DNA of 63,248 nucleotides, filler included, from Octopus bimaculoides (Eukaryota), in NCBI RefSeq assembly GCF_001194135.2. It is 5 parts of 5 records of this genome, joined end to end, with 100 filler letters (N's around TTAATTAATTAA, not from the genome) between each part and the next. Parts side by side here need not be neighbours in the genome. Positions count along the whole stretch, not along the records: positions 1 to 11,400 come from NC_068982.1; positions 11,501 to 26,668 come from NC_068987.1; 3 more parts are not named here. The stretch is one strand, 5' to 3'. Position numbers and translations under genes: made by a program. The stretch's first letter is position 1, and every line of letters starts with the position of its first letter. Of this stretch, positions 1 through 14,053 are shown one piece after another. The notes under the pieces were generated by a model that searched no databases, had not been told where the DNA came from, and saw only the letters and a list, made by a program, of their open reading frames with translations.

Positions 1-169
1 ACCGCCACCACCACGGCCACCTACACAAATAGTGCTTCAGTTATCCAAAACAACTTGCAAGATTTCTTTTGCATATCATTAACTTTCAAGTGTTGTTCTT
101 GTTGGTGTTGTTGCTGTTATTTTTATGGTTATTATTATTGTGTCTCATCATCGTTGTCGTCGTCGTTCT

Positions 170-300
170 TATATTGATGATGATGATGATGATGACGATG
201 GTTATGATATTCATCAGCTTTGTCATCCGGTTCTTCTTCTTCTTCTTCTTCTTCTTCTTCTTCTTCTTCTTCAACATCATCATCATCATCATCATCATCA

Positions 301-331
<31 letters not shown>

Positions 332-585
332 CTTCTTCTTCTTCTTCTTCTTCTTCTTCAACATCATCATCATCATCATCATCAATTTCTTCACCATCAT
401 CGTCATTTTCTTCTTCTTCTTCTTCTTCTTCTTCTTCTTCTTCTTCTTCTTCTTCTTCTTCTTCATCAACATCATCATCATCATCATCATCAATTTCTTC
501 ACCATCATCGGCATTTTCTTCTTCTTCTTCTTCTTCTTCTTCTTCTTCTTCTTCTTCTTCTTCTTCTTCTTCTTCTTCTTCTTCT
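170..585. repeat. Compound (GAT)n/(TTC)n/(ATC)n microsatellite with a higher-order repeated block
   Basis: Directly visible; the aatttcttcaccatcatcg.cattttc junction recurs at about 384 and 492. Confidence 0.95.
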
Positions 586-3503
586 NNNNNNNNNNNNNNN
601 NNNNNNNNNNNNNNNNNNNNNNNNNNNNNNNNNNNNNNNNNNNNNNNNNNNNNNNNNNNNNNNNNNNNNNNNNNNNNNNNNNNNNNNNNNNNNNNNNNNN
701 NNNNNNNNNNNNNNNNNNNNNNNNNNNNNNNNNNNNNNNNNNNNNNNNNNNNNNNNNNNNNNNNNNNNNNNNNNNNNNNNNNNNNNNNNNNNNNNNNNNN
801 NNNNNNNNNNNNNNNNNNNNNNNNNNNNNNNNNNNNNNNNNNNNNNNNNNNNNNNNNNNNNNNNNNNNNNNNNNNNNNNNNNNNNNNNNNNNNNNNNNNN
901 NNNNNNNNNNNNNNNNNNNNNNNNNNNNNNNNNNNNNNNNNNNNNNNNNNNNNNNNNNNNNNNNNNNNNNNNNNNNNNNNNNNNNNNNNNNNNNNNNNNN
1001 NNNNNNNNNNNNNNNNNNNNNNNNNNNNNNNNNNNNNNNNNNNNNNNNNNNNNNNNNNNNNNNNNNNNNNNNNNNNNNNNNNNNNNNNNNNNNNNNNNNN
1101 NNNNNNNNNNNNNNNNNNNNNNNNNNNNNNNNNNNNNNNNNNNNNNNNNNNNNNNNNNNNNNNNNNNNNNNNNNNNNNNNNNNNNNNNNNNNNNNNNNNN
1201 NNNNNNNNNNNNNNNNNNNNNNNNNNNNNNNNNNNNNNNNNNNNNNNNNNNNNNNNNNNNNNNNNNNNNNNNNNNNNNNNNNNNNNNNNNNNNNNNNNNN
1301 NNNNNNNNNNNNNNNNNNNNNNNNNNNNNNNNNNNNNNNNNNNNNNNNNNNNNNNNNNNNNNNNNNNNNNNNNNNNNNNNNNNNNNNNNNNNNNNNNNNN
1401 NNNNNNNNNNNNNNNNNNNNNNNNNNNNNNNNNNNNNNNNCCGCCGCCGCCGCCGCCGCCATCATCATTATTTACTAATACAACTACTACTGCTGCTGCT
1501 ACCGCCGCTGTTGCACCGTAGCACAGTTACTAAGTCATGCATACCATAAGCACAAACAATATCAGCCACCATTATTATTTCTCAAAAAATATTACAACAC
1601 CGCTGATACGCTACCACCGCTACTACTGCTATTACTACTTCTACAATTACCACAACATACACAATTAACTACCATCGCAGTCTCCACCAGAACTCCATCA
1701 CCATCGTCAGCAGCCACCTCATCGTCTTCTGCTACTCCAGCATTATAATAGCTATCATTCTTGTCACTGTCACACCATTTCTACTAAAACCACTGCCATC
1801 AACCATCTTCATTCCGTGGCTTAACCAACATCACAGCACTTAAATTCTCAACACCCCACCACCATGTGGAAGCCTGTATAATCCCTCATCCTGCTAGAAG
1901 TAGCAGCCAAATTTTTTGCCAGTTAAAGTAAAATAAAACGATAGGAGGTTAGATAAAATAGTCCTAAATGCACTGTTTGAGAGGGAGGAAAAAACTGATT
2001 TTAAAAAAATGGATGTGGACGTATGGAAAGCGTTTGATCATAAGTCTGCTCATTTAGGGATGACGGAGGGCTAAACATCAATAACAGTAACATTATTACC
2101 TCCACCGCTATCTCAAAGTAATCTATCACACAACCATTAAAATAGATTGTTATGATGAAGTTGAGAAAAAGGAGAGCGCACTTGCCAGTTTACTTTACCT
2201 CTTCTTCACTTTTCCTTCTCTTTTTCATCTGACTTTTTTCTCTTTTTATATTTTCGCTGTGAGTTATTAAAATAATTTTATTCATTAATTTTTATAAATT
2301 TGTTCAGAGAAAATAAGGTATGGACACCAGAAGCAGTAGAGTGTGGTATTTGCGGCATTTAATTACGTTCCTTGACGCGTTCCGAGTTCAAATCGCGTGG
2401 AGGTCGTCTTTCATCGTAACCATAGAAGTGAGGCGGAGGAGGAAGACGATAAAATAAAAGTATCATTCATTTTCTGAAAGAAAGAAAAAAACAAAACGCC
2501 CCAAAAGTTAGTGTATAGTTGGNNNNNNNNNNNNNNNNNNNNNNNNNNNNNNNNNNNNNNNNNNNNNNNNNNNNNNNNNNNNNNNNNNNNNNNNNNNNNN
2601 NNNNNNNNNNNNNNNNNNNNNNNNNNNNNNNNNNNNNNNNNNNNNNNNNNNNNNNNNNNNNNNNNNNNNNNNNNNNNNNNNNNNNNNNNNNNNNNNNNNN
2701 NNNNNNNNNNNNNNNNNNNNNNNNNNNNNNNNNNNNNNNNNNNNNNNNNNNNNNNNNNNNNNNNNNNNNNNNNNNNNNNNNNNNNNNNNNNNNNNNNNNN
2801 NNNNNNNNNNNNNNNNNNNNNNNNNNNNNNNNNNNNNNNNNNNNNNNNNNNNNNNNNNNNNNNNNNNNNNNNNNNNNNNNNNNNNNNNNNNNNNNNNNNN
2901 NNNNNNNNNNNNNNNNNNNNNNNNNNNNNNNNNNNNNNNNNNNNNNNNNNNNNNNNNNNNNNNNNNNNNNNNNNNNNNNNNNNNNNNNNNNNNNNNNNNN
3001 NNNNNNNNNNNNNNNNNNNNNNNNNNNNNNNNNNNNNNNNNNNNNNNNNNNNNNNNNNNNNNNNNNNNNNNNNNNNNNNNNNNNNNNNNNNNNNNNNNNN
3101 NNNNNNNNNNNNNNNNNNNNNNNNNNNNNNNNNNNNNNNNNNNNNNNNNNNNNNNNNNNNNNNNNNNNNNNNNNNNNNNNNNNNNNNNNNNNNNNNNNNN
3201 NNNNNNNNNNNNNNNNNNNNNNNNNNNNNNNNNNNNNNNNNNNNNNNNNNNNNNNNNNNNNNNNNNNNNNNNNNNNNNNNNNNNNNNNNNNNNNNNNNNN
3301 NNNNNNNNNNNNNNNNNNNNNNNNNNNNNNNNNNNNNNNNNNNNNNNNNNNNNNNNNNNNNNNNNNNNNNNNNNNNNNNNNNNNNNNNNNNNNNNNNNNN
3401 NNNNNNNNNNNNNNNNNNNNNNNNNNNNNNNNNNNNNNNNNNNNNNNNNNNNNNNNNNNNNNNNNNNNNNNNNNNNNNNNNNNNNNNNNNNNNNNNNNNN
3501 NNN

Positions 3504-3538
<35 letters not shown>

Positions 3539-4246
3539 AAGATAAGCATGTTAAAAGGGGTCCGTGAGAAAAGTAATTTAAATGAAAGGGGTCCTTGGTA
3601 GTGAAAAGGTTGGTTACCACTGATCTAATGTATCCGAAGTGGTTTTCCGTTGCTTTCTCCAGTCAGGTGAGATTTGAACTCAGAATGGGAAGAGGCAGAA
3701 AATATACCGTGAAGCATCAACAATTCTGTTATTATCCCACCCACAGAACAACGTGAAACGAAGTGTTTTGCTCAAGAAAACAACCTGCCGCCCGGACCGG
3801 GTATCGAGTCTATATAATATTAGCTGTTGGCGACATATGCAGCCCTTGTGACGAATATTAATTTGCACATCCTACCTAACCTGGATGTGCTGTTTATAAC
3901 GTTGTGGACTGCGTTGAACGTCTCGAAGAATAATTTTGTTTAGACGACAAATGCTAAGAAGCATTGAAATTCTATATCAGTTGACTAAATGTCGTCAGCA
4001 TCGACATGATTTCCCCATATTGTGGATCATCATCAGCAGAAAGCCTAATACCGAATGCCAGACTGAAAATCAGCCAAACCTATATAGAATAATAGCGCTA
4101 AAACAGCTGGTACTGGCGAACTAGTTAACCGATATAGAATTTCGATGCTTTCTGGCATTTGTCGTCTACACGAAATGATTTTTCAGGACGTTCACTGCAG
4201 ACTACGGCATTATAAACAGCAAGTCCAGGTTAAGTTGGAAGTGCTA

Positions 4247-4278
<32 letters not shown>

Positions 4279-7200
4279 ACACACACACACACACGCATAC
4301 ATATTCATTGTTTGGTTTGTTCAACAAAACACTGATCGGTAAACATCAGTACACATCAGCAAATAATCTAATTGCTGATTTCTATAAATAAGAGCTAATA
4401 CACTTGTTAGAACATTGATCTAGAAGTAGTTTTAACTGAGGAGACACGCAATAAGGTCGAAACATCGCAATGACTCAAAGTTCCCTTACATTAATGAATC
4501 ATGTGTTATGAACATACATCATCTTAAGGTAAGAGATGTTCTCCATTAACAAAATACAACAACAATCAGCATATTCGCATTCGAATCTGCCAAAACGCGT
4601 TGAGACTGAATAGATTATGTATTTGTTTGGATTCTCACTGTTCTGTGTGTTCCTCATTGATTATATTCTGGCATAAATTATATCTGAAGAGGTGAGATAG
4701 TCATGCTTGGAATATATTTGATCCATAGATTTGCTGAACCAGGGCTGACCTGGAGCTAAAATATCAACGACTATAACAACATCACTATTATTTTCAACAC
4801 CATCTTACATAATCTATTAGACCGTCATTAAAATAGAATGTAATGACGGAGATGAGAAAGAAGTGAGCGCGCAGCCATTTTCTTGTCTCCTCTTCTTCAC
4901 CTCTCTTTCTCAAACTCTTCCTTCTATTCTCCCACTTCTTCCCACATCTTGTCCTTTCATTGAAAGATATTTAAACACTGAGTTGTCTGATAAATTCGTT
5001 CGCTTTTTTCTCCTTGCATTTCTTCGCTATAAGTCTAAAAGGAGTTAAAATCTATTCAAATTTTAAAAACGATAAACGAAAGTTGTAAAAGAAGAATAGT
5101 CTTTAAAAAAGTATAAATATTTTTCATGTTAGTTCAATTAACATTGGAAAGGGTTAAAATGAATATGAAAAAGAAGAAAAAAAAAAACAGACAAGAAAAA
5201 AAAAAACCAACGCCAATTCAGCAATTCTACACATTTGACAACGTAAAAATTCGATTAATCTTTTTTGTTTTTTATTGAGAGAATGCGGTATGAATGACAG
5301 AAGCAGTAGAGCATGGTACTAGTAATATTTAGTTATGTCTGTTGATATTATAAGTTCAAATCACTCTAAGGTCGACTTCGCATTTCCTCCTTCCGTAGTC
5401 GAATAAAATAAAAGTCAAGTTCATTCGTAATTACATTCTCTTGTATACTAGAAAATATAATTACGAATGTCAGAAACATTCGAGCATCGTAGTTGCAATA
5501 TTTAATTAAAACTGGTTCTCAAGCGGCGCGCCGTGGATTTTTAAAATGCAATTTAAGGCTTTAGATAATCCACACTAATGCGTAAATGTCTTGTACAATA
5601 CACAAGTACGATTAATAAAATAAGGTAAACAATTATTTTTAATAATTTTAAAACTTAGTTTTTTTTTTTTTTTAAACATTCCATGCGAAGTACACCCGTA
5701 ATATTTTTTTTATTTAATCCCAAGTAGATTACGAAGTCCAAAAAAATTTAGAATCGTTGTATTAGATTGTGGTACTAACGTCTTCATAAGACTAATGCCT
5801 TGTGAAGGTGCATGGCGCAGTGGTTAGAGTGTCGGACTCACAATCATGAGGTAGTGAGCTCGATTCACGGACCGGACTGTGTCGTGTTTTAGAGTAAGAC
5901 ACTTTATTTCACGTTGCTCCAGTTCTCTCAGATGTAGAAATGAGTTGCAACGTCACAGGTGCCAAGCTGAACCGGCCTTCGCTTTCTCCTTGGATAACAT
6001 CAGTGGTGTGGAGAGGGAAGCTGGTATGCATGGGCAACTGCTGGTCTCCCATAAACAGCCTTGCCCGGACTTGTGCCTCGGAGGGTAACTTTCTAGGTGC
6101 AATTCCATGGTCAGTCATGACCAAAGAGGGAATCTTGGATTCTCTTTCGTAAGATCGTGGGTTTGATTTCTGAATGTTGCGTTTTATTTCACGTTACCGA
6201 GTACCAACCTAATACTGATTCAGCCGTCTCTCTCATTAGCCATCGTATCCTCAATATTCCGTTGGGTCAAGAATGAAGGAACCGTGACGGTGTCTATGTC
6301 TGCTCGCGACTACACAGGCACTCAAAGCAATTAACGAAATTGTGGTACGGTTCATGCTATCAAGCCATACATGCTTGCGGTTGACGGCTATAATTTTACA
6401 GAGTAACATTTCAATCCAGTCAACCATTTTTGATCCTATGTTGGATGAAAGCCCCAGCATGCCATTGCTGGTTTATATGTGCAACTTCTAGCTTTATATG
6501 TCCACGTTGACCAATCACATGTTGGATGGGTTGCTTCGAGGTCGAGTGATTAGCCTTAGGCATCAATATCTTAGCGGAATTTGAATTCAGAATCCAAAGA
6601 ACCGGTAAAAGATACTGCAAGGCACCTTGCCTGACATTCTGTTAATTGTGCCAATCTCTACCACCGGGCTATTTAGTTATTTATCAACACTGAAGAGTAT
6701 GTAAGACAAAGTTAGCCCCGTTGGGGTTTGAACTCACAGTCTATTCGACCAGGACCGACCGGGTTCTAAACAATATGAACAACAACACTAACGACAACAT
6801 AAAGGCGAAACTTAGTCGAGCCACTGTTGTTGTTATATGTACCTTGATTGAGTGGACCCGTTATCAGAGATGATCAAATTGACAATCCCCCTTTCTTTAA
6901 TTTACATGTTGTCTCCATTTAAAAAAAAATCTGGCTGTTGTTTCTAACAAGTCGAACAACTGTGCTGCTGTTGCTTCGTTAGCTCTCCATAGAAAAGCTT
7001 TTTCGTTGACGTTGTTTAGAACCAGCTCAACTCTGACCGAACAGACATATGATCGAAGGCATTCCAGAATTGATTATCTCGTCTTCATATGTAAAGGGAA
7101 CCTAGGAACATATTAACTAGTATTAATTGCTAGTAAGGACACATAATTTCGTTTTGCAACCATAATATACTTCCAAGTATATTAAAGGTTTACAAGTCAA

Positions 7201-7295
7201 TGTTGCGCCTAACTTTTGTGTCAGTGGTGCGATGTTTTCATTTTTAAGTTTAGCGCTACATATTTTCTAAAGAATTCCGAGTCAGCACTGAAAAT

Positions 7296-7440
7296 TACGA
7301 CGTTTCGTACACGAATACGTTTATGTAAACTACGCGATCGAAAAAAGAAGAAAAAAAAATCATGCATACATACCAATTACCTATATCTTCTACTTTCAAT
7401 CGCATTGTTTCTATAGACTTTTCGTATACGAAAAGTCGTA
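7296..7440. mobile_element. Small TA-flanked MITE-like element
   Basis: Inverted repeats tacgacgtttcgtacacgaa and ttcgtatacgaaaagtcgta (18/20); perfect 22-bp palindrome at 7416-7437. Confidence 0.5.
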
Positions 7441-8876
7441 TCTTTCAGTGCTGGCTCTGAATTCTATAGAAAATTTCTGCAGATAAACTTAAAAACGTTA
7501 TCCAATTTCCATTATTACTTGAAGGAGATTTGACTGCTATTTCTAGCAAGTCTACAGACAACGCAGAGACTTCCTAATCAGCTCGTTACAGAACAGTTTG
7601 TAGAATGTGGTAGTAAGTCTAATGACTAAGTATGTCGAAAGAAAACAACTGAATATTTAATCTTTATATGGTTTACCTATTTCTAGAAGACGCTGCAGAA
7701 TTGTAGTATTGCGGCATAATAGCTATGTTATATTGTTTTGTTTCAATTCCTTTTCGTGATATATATTGCAATGTAGTGTTGTAATATAGATTGTTGTTGT
7801 TGTTGTTATTTAGCTCCAGGTCAGACATGCTTGAACAGAATTAAGATCAAAAGCGATGAAGTAATATAGAATTGTAACGCAGTATATTGTAATTGCTTGC
7901 CGTCATCTCCCAACGGACTCGTAGAGGCGCCGTCATGATAAATTGTCGTGACTGCGAGCTAGAGCTCGGGGTCTTCGTTAATGATTTGCTTGTCCGTTCT
8001 TTGATGCTGTCCGCCTTCCTCTTCCCCTCTTCGCTTCTTCTCTCATCCCTCCACACTTCCTTGAAAAATGGGTTTTGCAAGACCACTGAATTTTGATTCA
8101 AGGACACCTCGTTTTTATTCTATTTTCACAGTTGTAAGAACCATCCAGCATCGCTTGGAAGCCAATGTGATGCTGGATGGTTTCACAGACCTGTTATCCA
8201 AATACGAGGTACCTAAAATTTCCAATGCTTGCATTTTTCTCTGTATCTCCATAGTGAGAGTTCATGTCTCACATGCGTACAAGAAGACGGACAGCCACCG
8301 ATGGACACAGAAGACTGATCATGCTTTTTATGGTGATATACTATGGTTTTCATTTCTTCATATTGGACTGAGTTAAGTTAGTAGTAATAGTATCTATGAT
8401 GGTGATGCTGGTGCATTTCTTTTTTGGCTTGCTGTTATTGCTGGTGTTGTAGTCTGTAGTGGTGGTGGTAGTTTACCGTGGTGGTGGTAGTGGTAGCGGT
8501 AGTGATGGTCGTAGATATGGCGGTGGTGAATTGACATTGTCTATGCGTTTCTTGCAAGGATTTCTGTCCTGGATCTTTTATTATTGAAATGTTGGAACAT
8601 AGGAAGATAATGGAAGGTGAGAGTATAGATATCCAAACAGATAGTGTACTGGAAACTATTGGTGCGTAATCGATCGGTTGTTATATTTCATCGATGCTGC
8701 ACTGTGTCTATGGAAACGACAACTAATTCATATATGGACCACTGCGTTGAAATGTAATTAGGCATTATAATATAAGGACCGCTCGTAATTGTAATCCGCA
8801 ACAATCTGGTAAAATGAACAAGTGTTCTTAGCCCTTAAACCAGAAGAAGAACAAGCACCGTTAATCCGACTTTTCA

Positions 8877-9091
8877 TATATGTTGAAAAATTCTTGCCTT
8901 TAAGGGTATTGCGAAAGGCCTGGTTGGAGGCCCAACCTTCTGAGTTCTTTTACAGGGCTTAGAAAAACTGAAGGACTGCTGCAATAAGTGTGTGAATCTG
9001 AGAGGGGAATATGTTGAATAAAATCATAATTAACTGATCCTTCTGTATTTCCTTTTACCCAAAGCCGGAAACTTTTCAGCACCACCTCGTA
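8877..9091 (+). mobile_element. Mariner-derived MITE, copy 1
   Basis: Ends ttttcagcaccacctcgta; carries a frameshifted transposase tail (GLEKLKD.CNKCVNLRGEYVE*); homologous to 53641. Confidence 0.7.
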
Positions 9092-9145
9092 CGTATAATA
9101 CACGAAAATGAAATCTTGAGTGGCGGCAACATAACCACCCAGGCC

Positions 9146-9585
9146 TATTATTCTTTTCTACTCTAGGCACAAAACCCGAAATTTTTTTGGGGGGTGGGGG
9201 CGTCGATTAGATCGATTCCAGTATGCAACTATTACTTAATTTATTGACCCCGAAAGGATGAAAGGCAAAGTCGACCTCGGCGGAATTTGAACTCAGATCA
9301 TAAAGACAGACAAAATACTGCTAAGCATTTCGCCCGGCGTGCTAACGTTTCCTATTTCTTTATTGCCCACAAGGGGCTAAACATAGAGGGGACAAACAAG
9401 GACAGACAAAAGAATTAAGGTGATTGCATCGACCTCAGTGCGTAATTGTTTATTATTTTATCGACCCCGAAAGGATGAAAGATAAAATCGACTTCGGTGG
9501 AATTTGAACCCAGAACGTAACGGCAGACGAAATACCGCGAAGCATTTCGCTCGGCGTGCTAACGTTTCTGCCAGCACGCCGTCTT
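9146..9585 (-). mobile_element. Two adjacent SINE C copies with different 3' tails
   Basis: Core repeated at about 9240-9350 and 9460-9575. Confidence 0.85.
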
Positions 9586-10717
9586 ACCCAGATCTAGAGG
9601 AGGCGAAGAGTAGTGTGGTACTTGAAGGGGTTCTATTAATTTTTATGCTTCAGGGTGGTGCAGTGGCAAAATTGTCACAGAATCAGACAACATTTCTTTT
9701 TTGGATATTTAGTTACGGCCATTTTCATTCTGAGTTCAAATTCCACCTAAGTTAGCTTTTGCATTTCATTCTTCCGAGGTTCAATAAGATAAAGTACTAA
9801 TCAAGTACTGGAATCGATGTAATCGGCTGTACTCTCCTCCAAAATGTCTGTTTGCGTGCTAATGTTAAAACAAAATCAATAGTTCTGTTTCAACACGATG
9901 TTAGTTAATTCTTTAATTCGGCGACTTACCCCTTATTAATTATTAAAATTCCTGGAATATCGCTGTGAAATTTGATTGAGCTGTCTGGCTACCCTCTCTC
10001 TCACTGTCTTTTCTTCATATGTTTACCTTATTAACACGGAAGGCCTTGATGGTTGAAGTAAATAAAGAAAGAATCTCCGTGTGGGAATTTATTCACTTTA
10101 TAGACAGACAAATGATACAAGTGAATCCATAAACCTAGTCTTCGGAAACGCGATACTACTACTACTACTACTACCACCATCGCCACCACCATAACCACCA
10201 CCACCACCACCACCACCATTAATGCTATTACTATCATCACCACAGTCCCTACTAATACTTCTACTACCAACACCGCTACCACCACTAATACTATTACCAC
10301 CACTACCACAATCATTACCATCATCACTATCTTCTCCCTTCTCCTCCTCCTCCTTTTCCTCCTCCTTTTCCTCCTCCTTTTCCTCCTCCTCCTCCTCCTC
10401 CTNNNNNNNNNNNNNNNNNNNNNNNNNNNNNNNNNNNNNNNNNNNNNNNNNNNNNNNNNNNNNNNNNNNNNNNNNNNNNNNNNNNNNNNNNNNNNNNNNN
10501 NNNNNNNNNNNNNNNNNNNNNNNNNNNNNNNNNNNNNNNNNNNNNNNNNNNNNNNNNNNNNNNNNNNNNNNNNNNNNNNNNNNNNNNNNNNNNNNNNNNN
10601 NNNNNNNNNNNNNNNNNNNNNNNNNNNNNNNNNNNNNNNNNNNNNNNNNNNNNNNNNNNNNNNNNNNNNNNNNNNNNNNNNNNNNNNNNNNNNNNNNNTA
10701 CTACTACCACCACCACC

Positions 10718-10794
<77 letters not shown>

Positions 10795-11400
10795 ATTTCA
10801 CTGGGAGGGAGGTGAGTGTATCATCTTAAAAGCAAAGAACTTCCTCGAAGTTGGTTGGACCTCTTCTAAGTGGTCATCCGTTGTACTAGAAACAAAAGTC
10901 AAAGCTATCTCGTGTCACACCCAATGTCTTAAATCTAGAAGGACAGATTGGATAATGTTAGGACTTGATATTATGTCTGTAAAGAAAAAGAAAAAAAAAC
11001 GGCGTTGGGGGGGGGAGGAGCCAAAGACAACAAAAAACAAGCAAACAACAAAAAAACTGAAGTCGTCGGAATGGTTATGGTTAGAATGTCTTTGATCATA
11101 AATCTGTTTGATGAAGACTGACATGGGGTTATGAAACGCAACATCCAACTGTTATGGCAATGATAACAGAATCACTGCAACAACACCGCCGCCGTCACCG
11201 CCGCCACCAAATCCGCCGCCGCTGCCGCCACCAAATCTGCCGCCGCTGCTGCCTCCGCCGCCGCCACCACCACTACCACCACTACCACCGCCACCACCAC
11301 CACAACAACAACAACAACAATACCAGCAACAGTAACCCTAACAAAAACATTCAGAGAATAATTAGTACCACCACTACTACCACACCAATGGTGATAACCA

Positions 11401-11500
11401 NNNNNNNNNNNNNNNNNNNNNNNNNNNNNNNNNNNNNNNNNNNNTTAATTAATTAANNNNNNNNNNNNNNNNNNNNNNNNNNNNNNNNNNNNNNNNNNNN
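11401..11500. other. Synthetic gap spacer, 44 N + TTAATTAATTAA + 44 N
   Basis: Identical 100-bp layout four times in the window; the 12-mer has stops in all six frames. Confidence 0.95.
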
Positions 11501-12076
11501 TATATATATATATATATATATATATGAGTGTCATTGCATTTGTCCTTCACCACAGCTTGACAACCGGTGCTGCTTTGATTACATCTCCGTTATCTAGCAG
11601 TTCGGCGAAAGAGACGGAAAAAAATAAGCACTACCATCGATTTGACCGACCACACCCTTCAAGGCGTGGTCCCAGCATGGCCTGAGTCTAATGACTGAAA
11701 CAAGTAAATGATATCAGATATAAGATATTTCTAAGTGTCTAAGACTCAAACCTGAGTATAACTCGAGAAAAAACACACCATTCTTTATCAACACTCCGTT
11801 GCTATAGCTGTCGTCTGCTATCTCGTCAGTTTTCTATATTTAATAATGAGTTGACATGTGTCACCGTCTATAGAAGGCGAATCTATGAAACCCAAAATGG
11901 TTTTGCTAAATTTAATATGAACATTTATGGCCTTCCTCCCACAAATACTCACGTCTTATTAATATCAGCTATGTATGTTTGAGAGAATACTTTTAATATC
12001 GGTTATATGTATGTATGGGAATTGCTTTTTTTTCTTGAGTGACAAATTATCAACAGTATGATAAACTCTCACCTTA

Positions 12077-12144
<68 letters not shown>

Positions 12145-12882
12145 GTCTGTCTATCTATCTATCTATCTTTTTCTCTCTCGCATTACGTCCCCCTACATAC
12201 ATATCAATTATGTGTGTGTGTGTGTGTGTATGTGTGAACGTGTGTGCGTGTCTGTTTGTAGGAAAAGTATGATAAACACAAGATGCAGTTTATATCATAT
12301 ATTTCTTACGCACTGCCTTCACAAGGCATTGGTCGGCTCAAGACAGTGATAGAAAACACTTGACCAAGTACCGCGCAGTGGGACCAAACCCAAAGCCATC
12401 TAGTTGTAAAACGGGTTTCTCAACCATGCAGCCATGATAGAAAAAAAAACATGAACTCTTGGTCAAGAATTTGGTACGGGATTTGGAGAAACTCTAGCAA
12501 AGAATTAAACAAATATAGTTTGTGGAAGAAGGTGAAGAACTAACAGAAACGTTAACACGTCGGAGATAATATGGAGCAACATTTCTTTTGGCTCTTTACA
12601 TTCTGAGTTCAATCCCTGCTGATGTTGACTTTGATTTTCATCCCTTCCGAATCGATAAAATAAGGTACCAGGCAAGTCCTGAGGTTGATGTCAGTTTCCA
12701 TCAAAGCAATTGCTGAGCCTCAGCCCTGCAGCTTATCTCTGTTCAAGGGGATTATTGTGATCTCCGTTTCTTATACCCCACGGAAACCGAGTAATTGGCT
12801 TTATGAGTCCTAAAGATCAGGAAAAATAAAATGAAAGAAAATTGTAGAAGATGAATAATTCCTTTTCAAAGAATGCGTAATA

Positions 12883-13457
12883 TACGAAATTTGATGAAAG
12901 AAAAGTATCGGAACTGTTGCTATAGTAACGGAACTAAACTTCGCCAAGTGAAGCCGCTTCGCATAGATTGACTTTGGACTCTGTCGCGCATGCACACAAA
13001 GTTGTAACACTCTCGGCCATTTCCGATGTTTGTAGCAGTGTTTGGAAGTAAAGTGTGTAGAGTGTGGTCGTTTCAAAAAGAAGATCGGGTTTCTGCTGTA
13101 CATGATCTCTTTGATTGTGTCGAGAATGATGAAAACGGTTTGAAAACGGTCACAACAGGAGTGGAATCGTGGGTTTAATGCTATGACCCCGAAACAAATT
13201 CTTGAAAGGAATCATATTAGAAAGGGACAAGATTTCAAGACGTCGAAAAAATCCAAGACAATGCGACGAGCCAGCTGTTCGTTACCCACCGAAAGGAGTA
13301 GAAATTCCAGGAATGCTTCCATCAATAGAAACGACGCTGGATAAAGTATGTCTCTTCTGACGGGGACCCTTTCGAAGGAGATTAAATGCCGAATAGTTAT
13401 GTGCTGTAGTTTTCTTTTTATAGCACCAGTTCCAATATTCTTGATCAGACTTTCGTA
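12883..13457 (+). mobile_element. Internally deleted mariner with both TIRs and TA TSD
   Basis: About 40-bp imperfect TIRs (tacgaaa..tgat.aa..gaa..tat.ggaactg.tgctata); residual HDLFDCVENDENGLKTVTTGVESWV*CYDPET and FHQ*KRRWIKYVSSDGDPFEGD*. Confidence 0.8.
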
Positions 13458-13822
13458 GAGTTAAATTTCAGTTAGTTTCGCTTCTAGAATTGAGTTAATA
13501 TAGTATGATGGGTTTAAATCATACGGTATCTCTTATTTCATACACACAGAGAAAAAGAAAATGATAAACTAAATCTCTGACGCCATGCAGATAAAAAGAA
13601 AATGTCTTGTCATGCGCTACTTCATGGCATGGCGGTAAACTAAGAGTCTGTGATCCAATGTAGCTTCCCAGTCGGATTGATATCACGCGTGTTACGTCCC
13701 TTCTAATGTTTCATTCGCAGAAAATCTAATTTATATTTCCGTTTGAAAACTTGACACAATCTTCACGTGGCAGAAACGAAGGAATGAAGAATCTGCAACA
13801 AATTACTTAGAGGACTTGGATT

Positions 13823-13984
13823 AGGCATGACTTTGTGGTTAAACACCTCGATTTGCGACCCACGTGGTTTTTGGTTCAATCCCACTGCGGGCACCTTGGA
13901 TAAATGTCTTCTACTATAGCCCTAGGTTAACTAATGGCCTGTGAGAGTGAATTTAGCCGATGGAAACTGTGTGGAAGCCCGTCG

Positions 13985-14053
<69 letters not shown>

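Noticed and set aside
220-585. Poly-Ser, poly-Leu or poly-Lys ORFs as a mucin or structural protein
   Set aside because: Pure trinucleotide repeat open in many frames; the higher-order duplication may be assembly stutter.
69-3620. Long ORFs of 340-470 aa here and at 17468-18853, 40987-42316, 59993-61146 and elsewhere
   Set aside because: Made of N runs and microsatellites; no real coding content.
5805-5885. tRNA-like sequences here and at 27177, 31379, 38241, 46185
   Set aside because: A and B boxes are present, but there is no acceptor stem and each continues into a SINE body.
11445-11456. Recurrent TTAATTAATTAA motif (also 26713, 47130, 61687) as a regulatory site or repeat array
   Set aside because: Always centred in exactly 44 + 44 Ns; a scaffolding linker.
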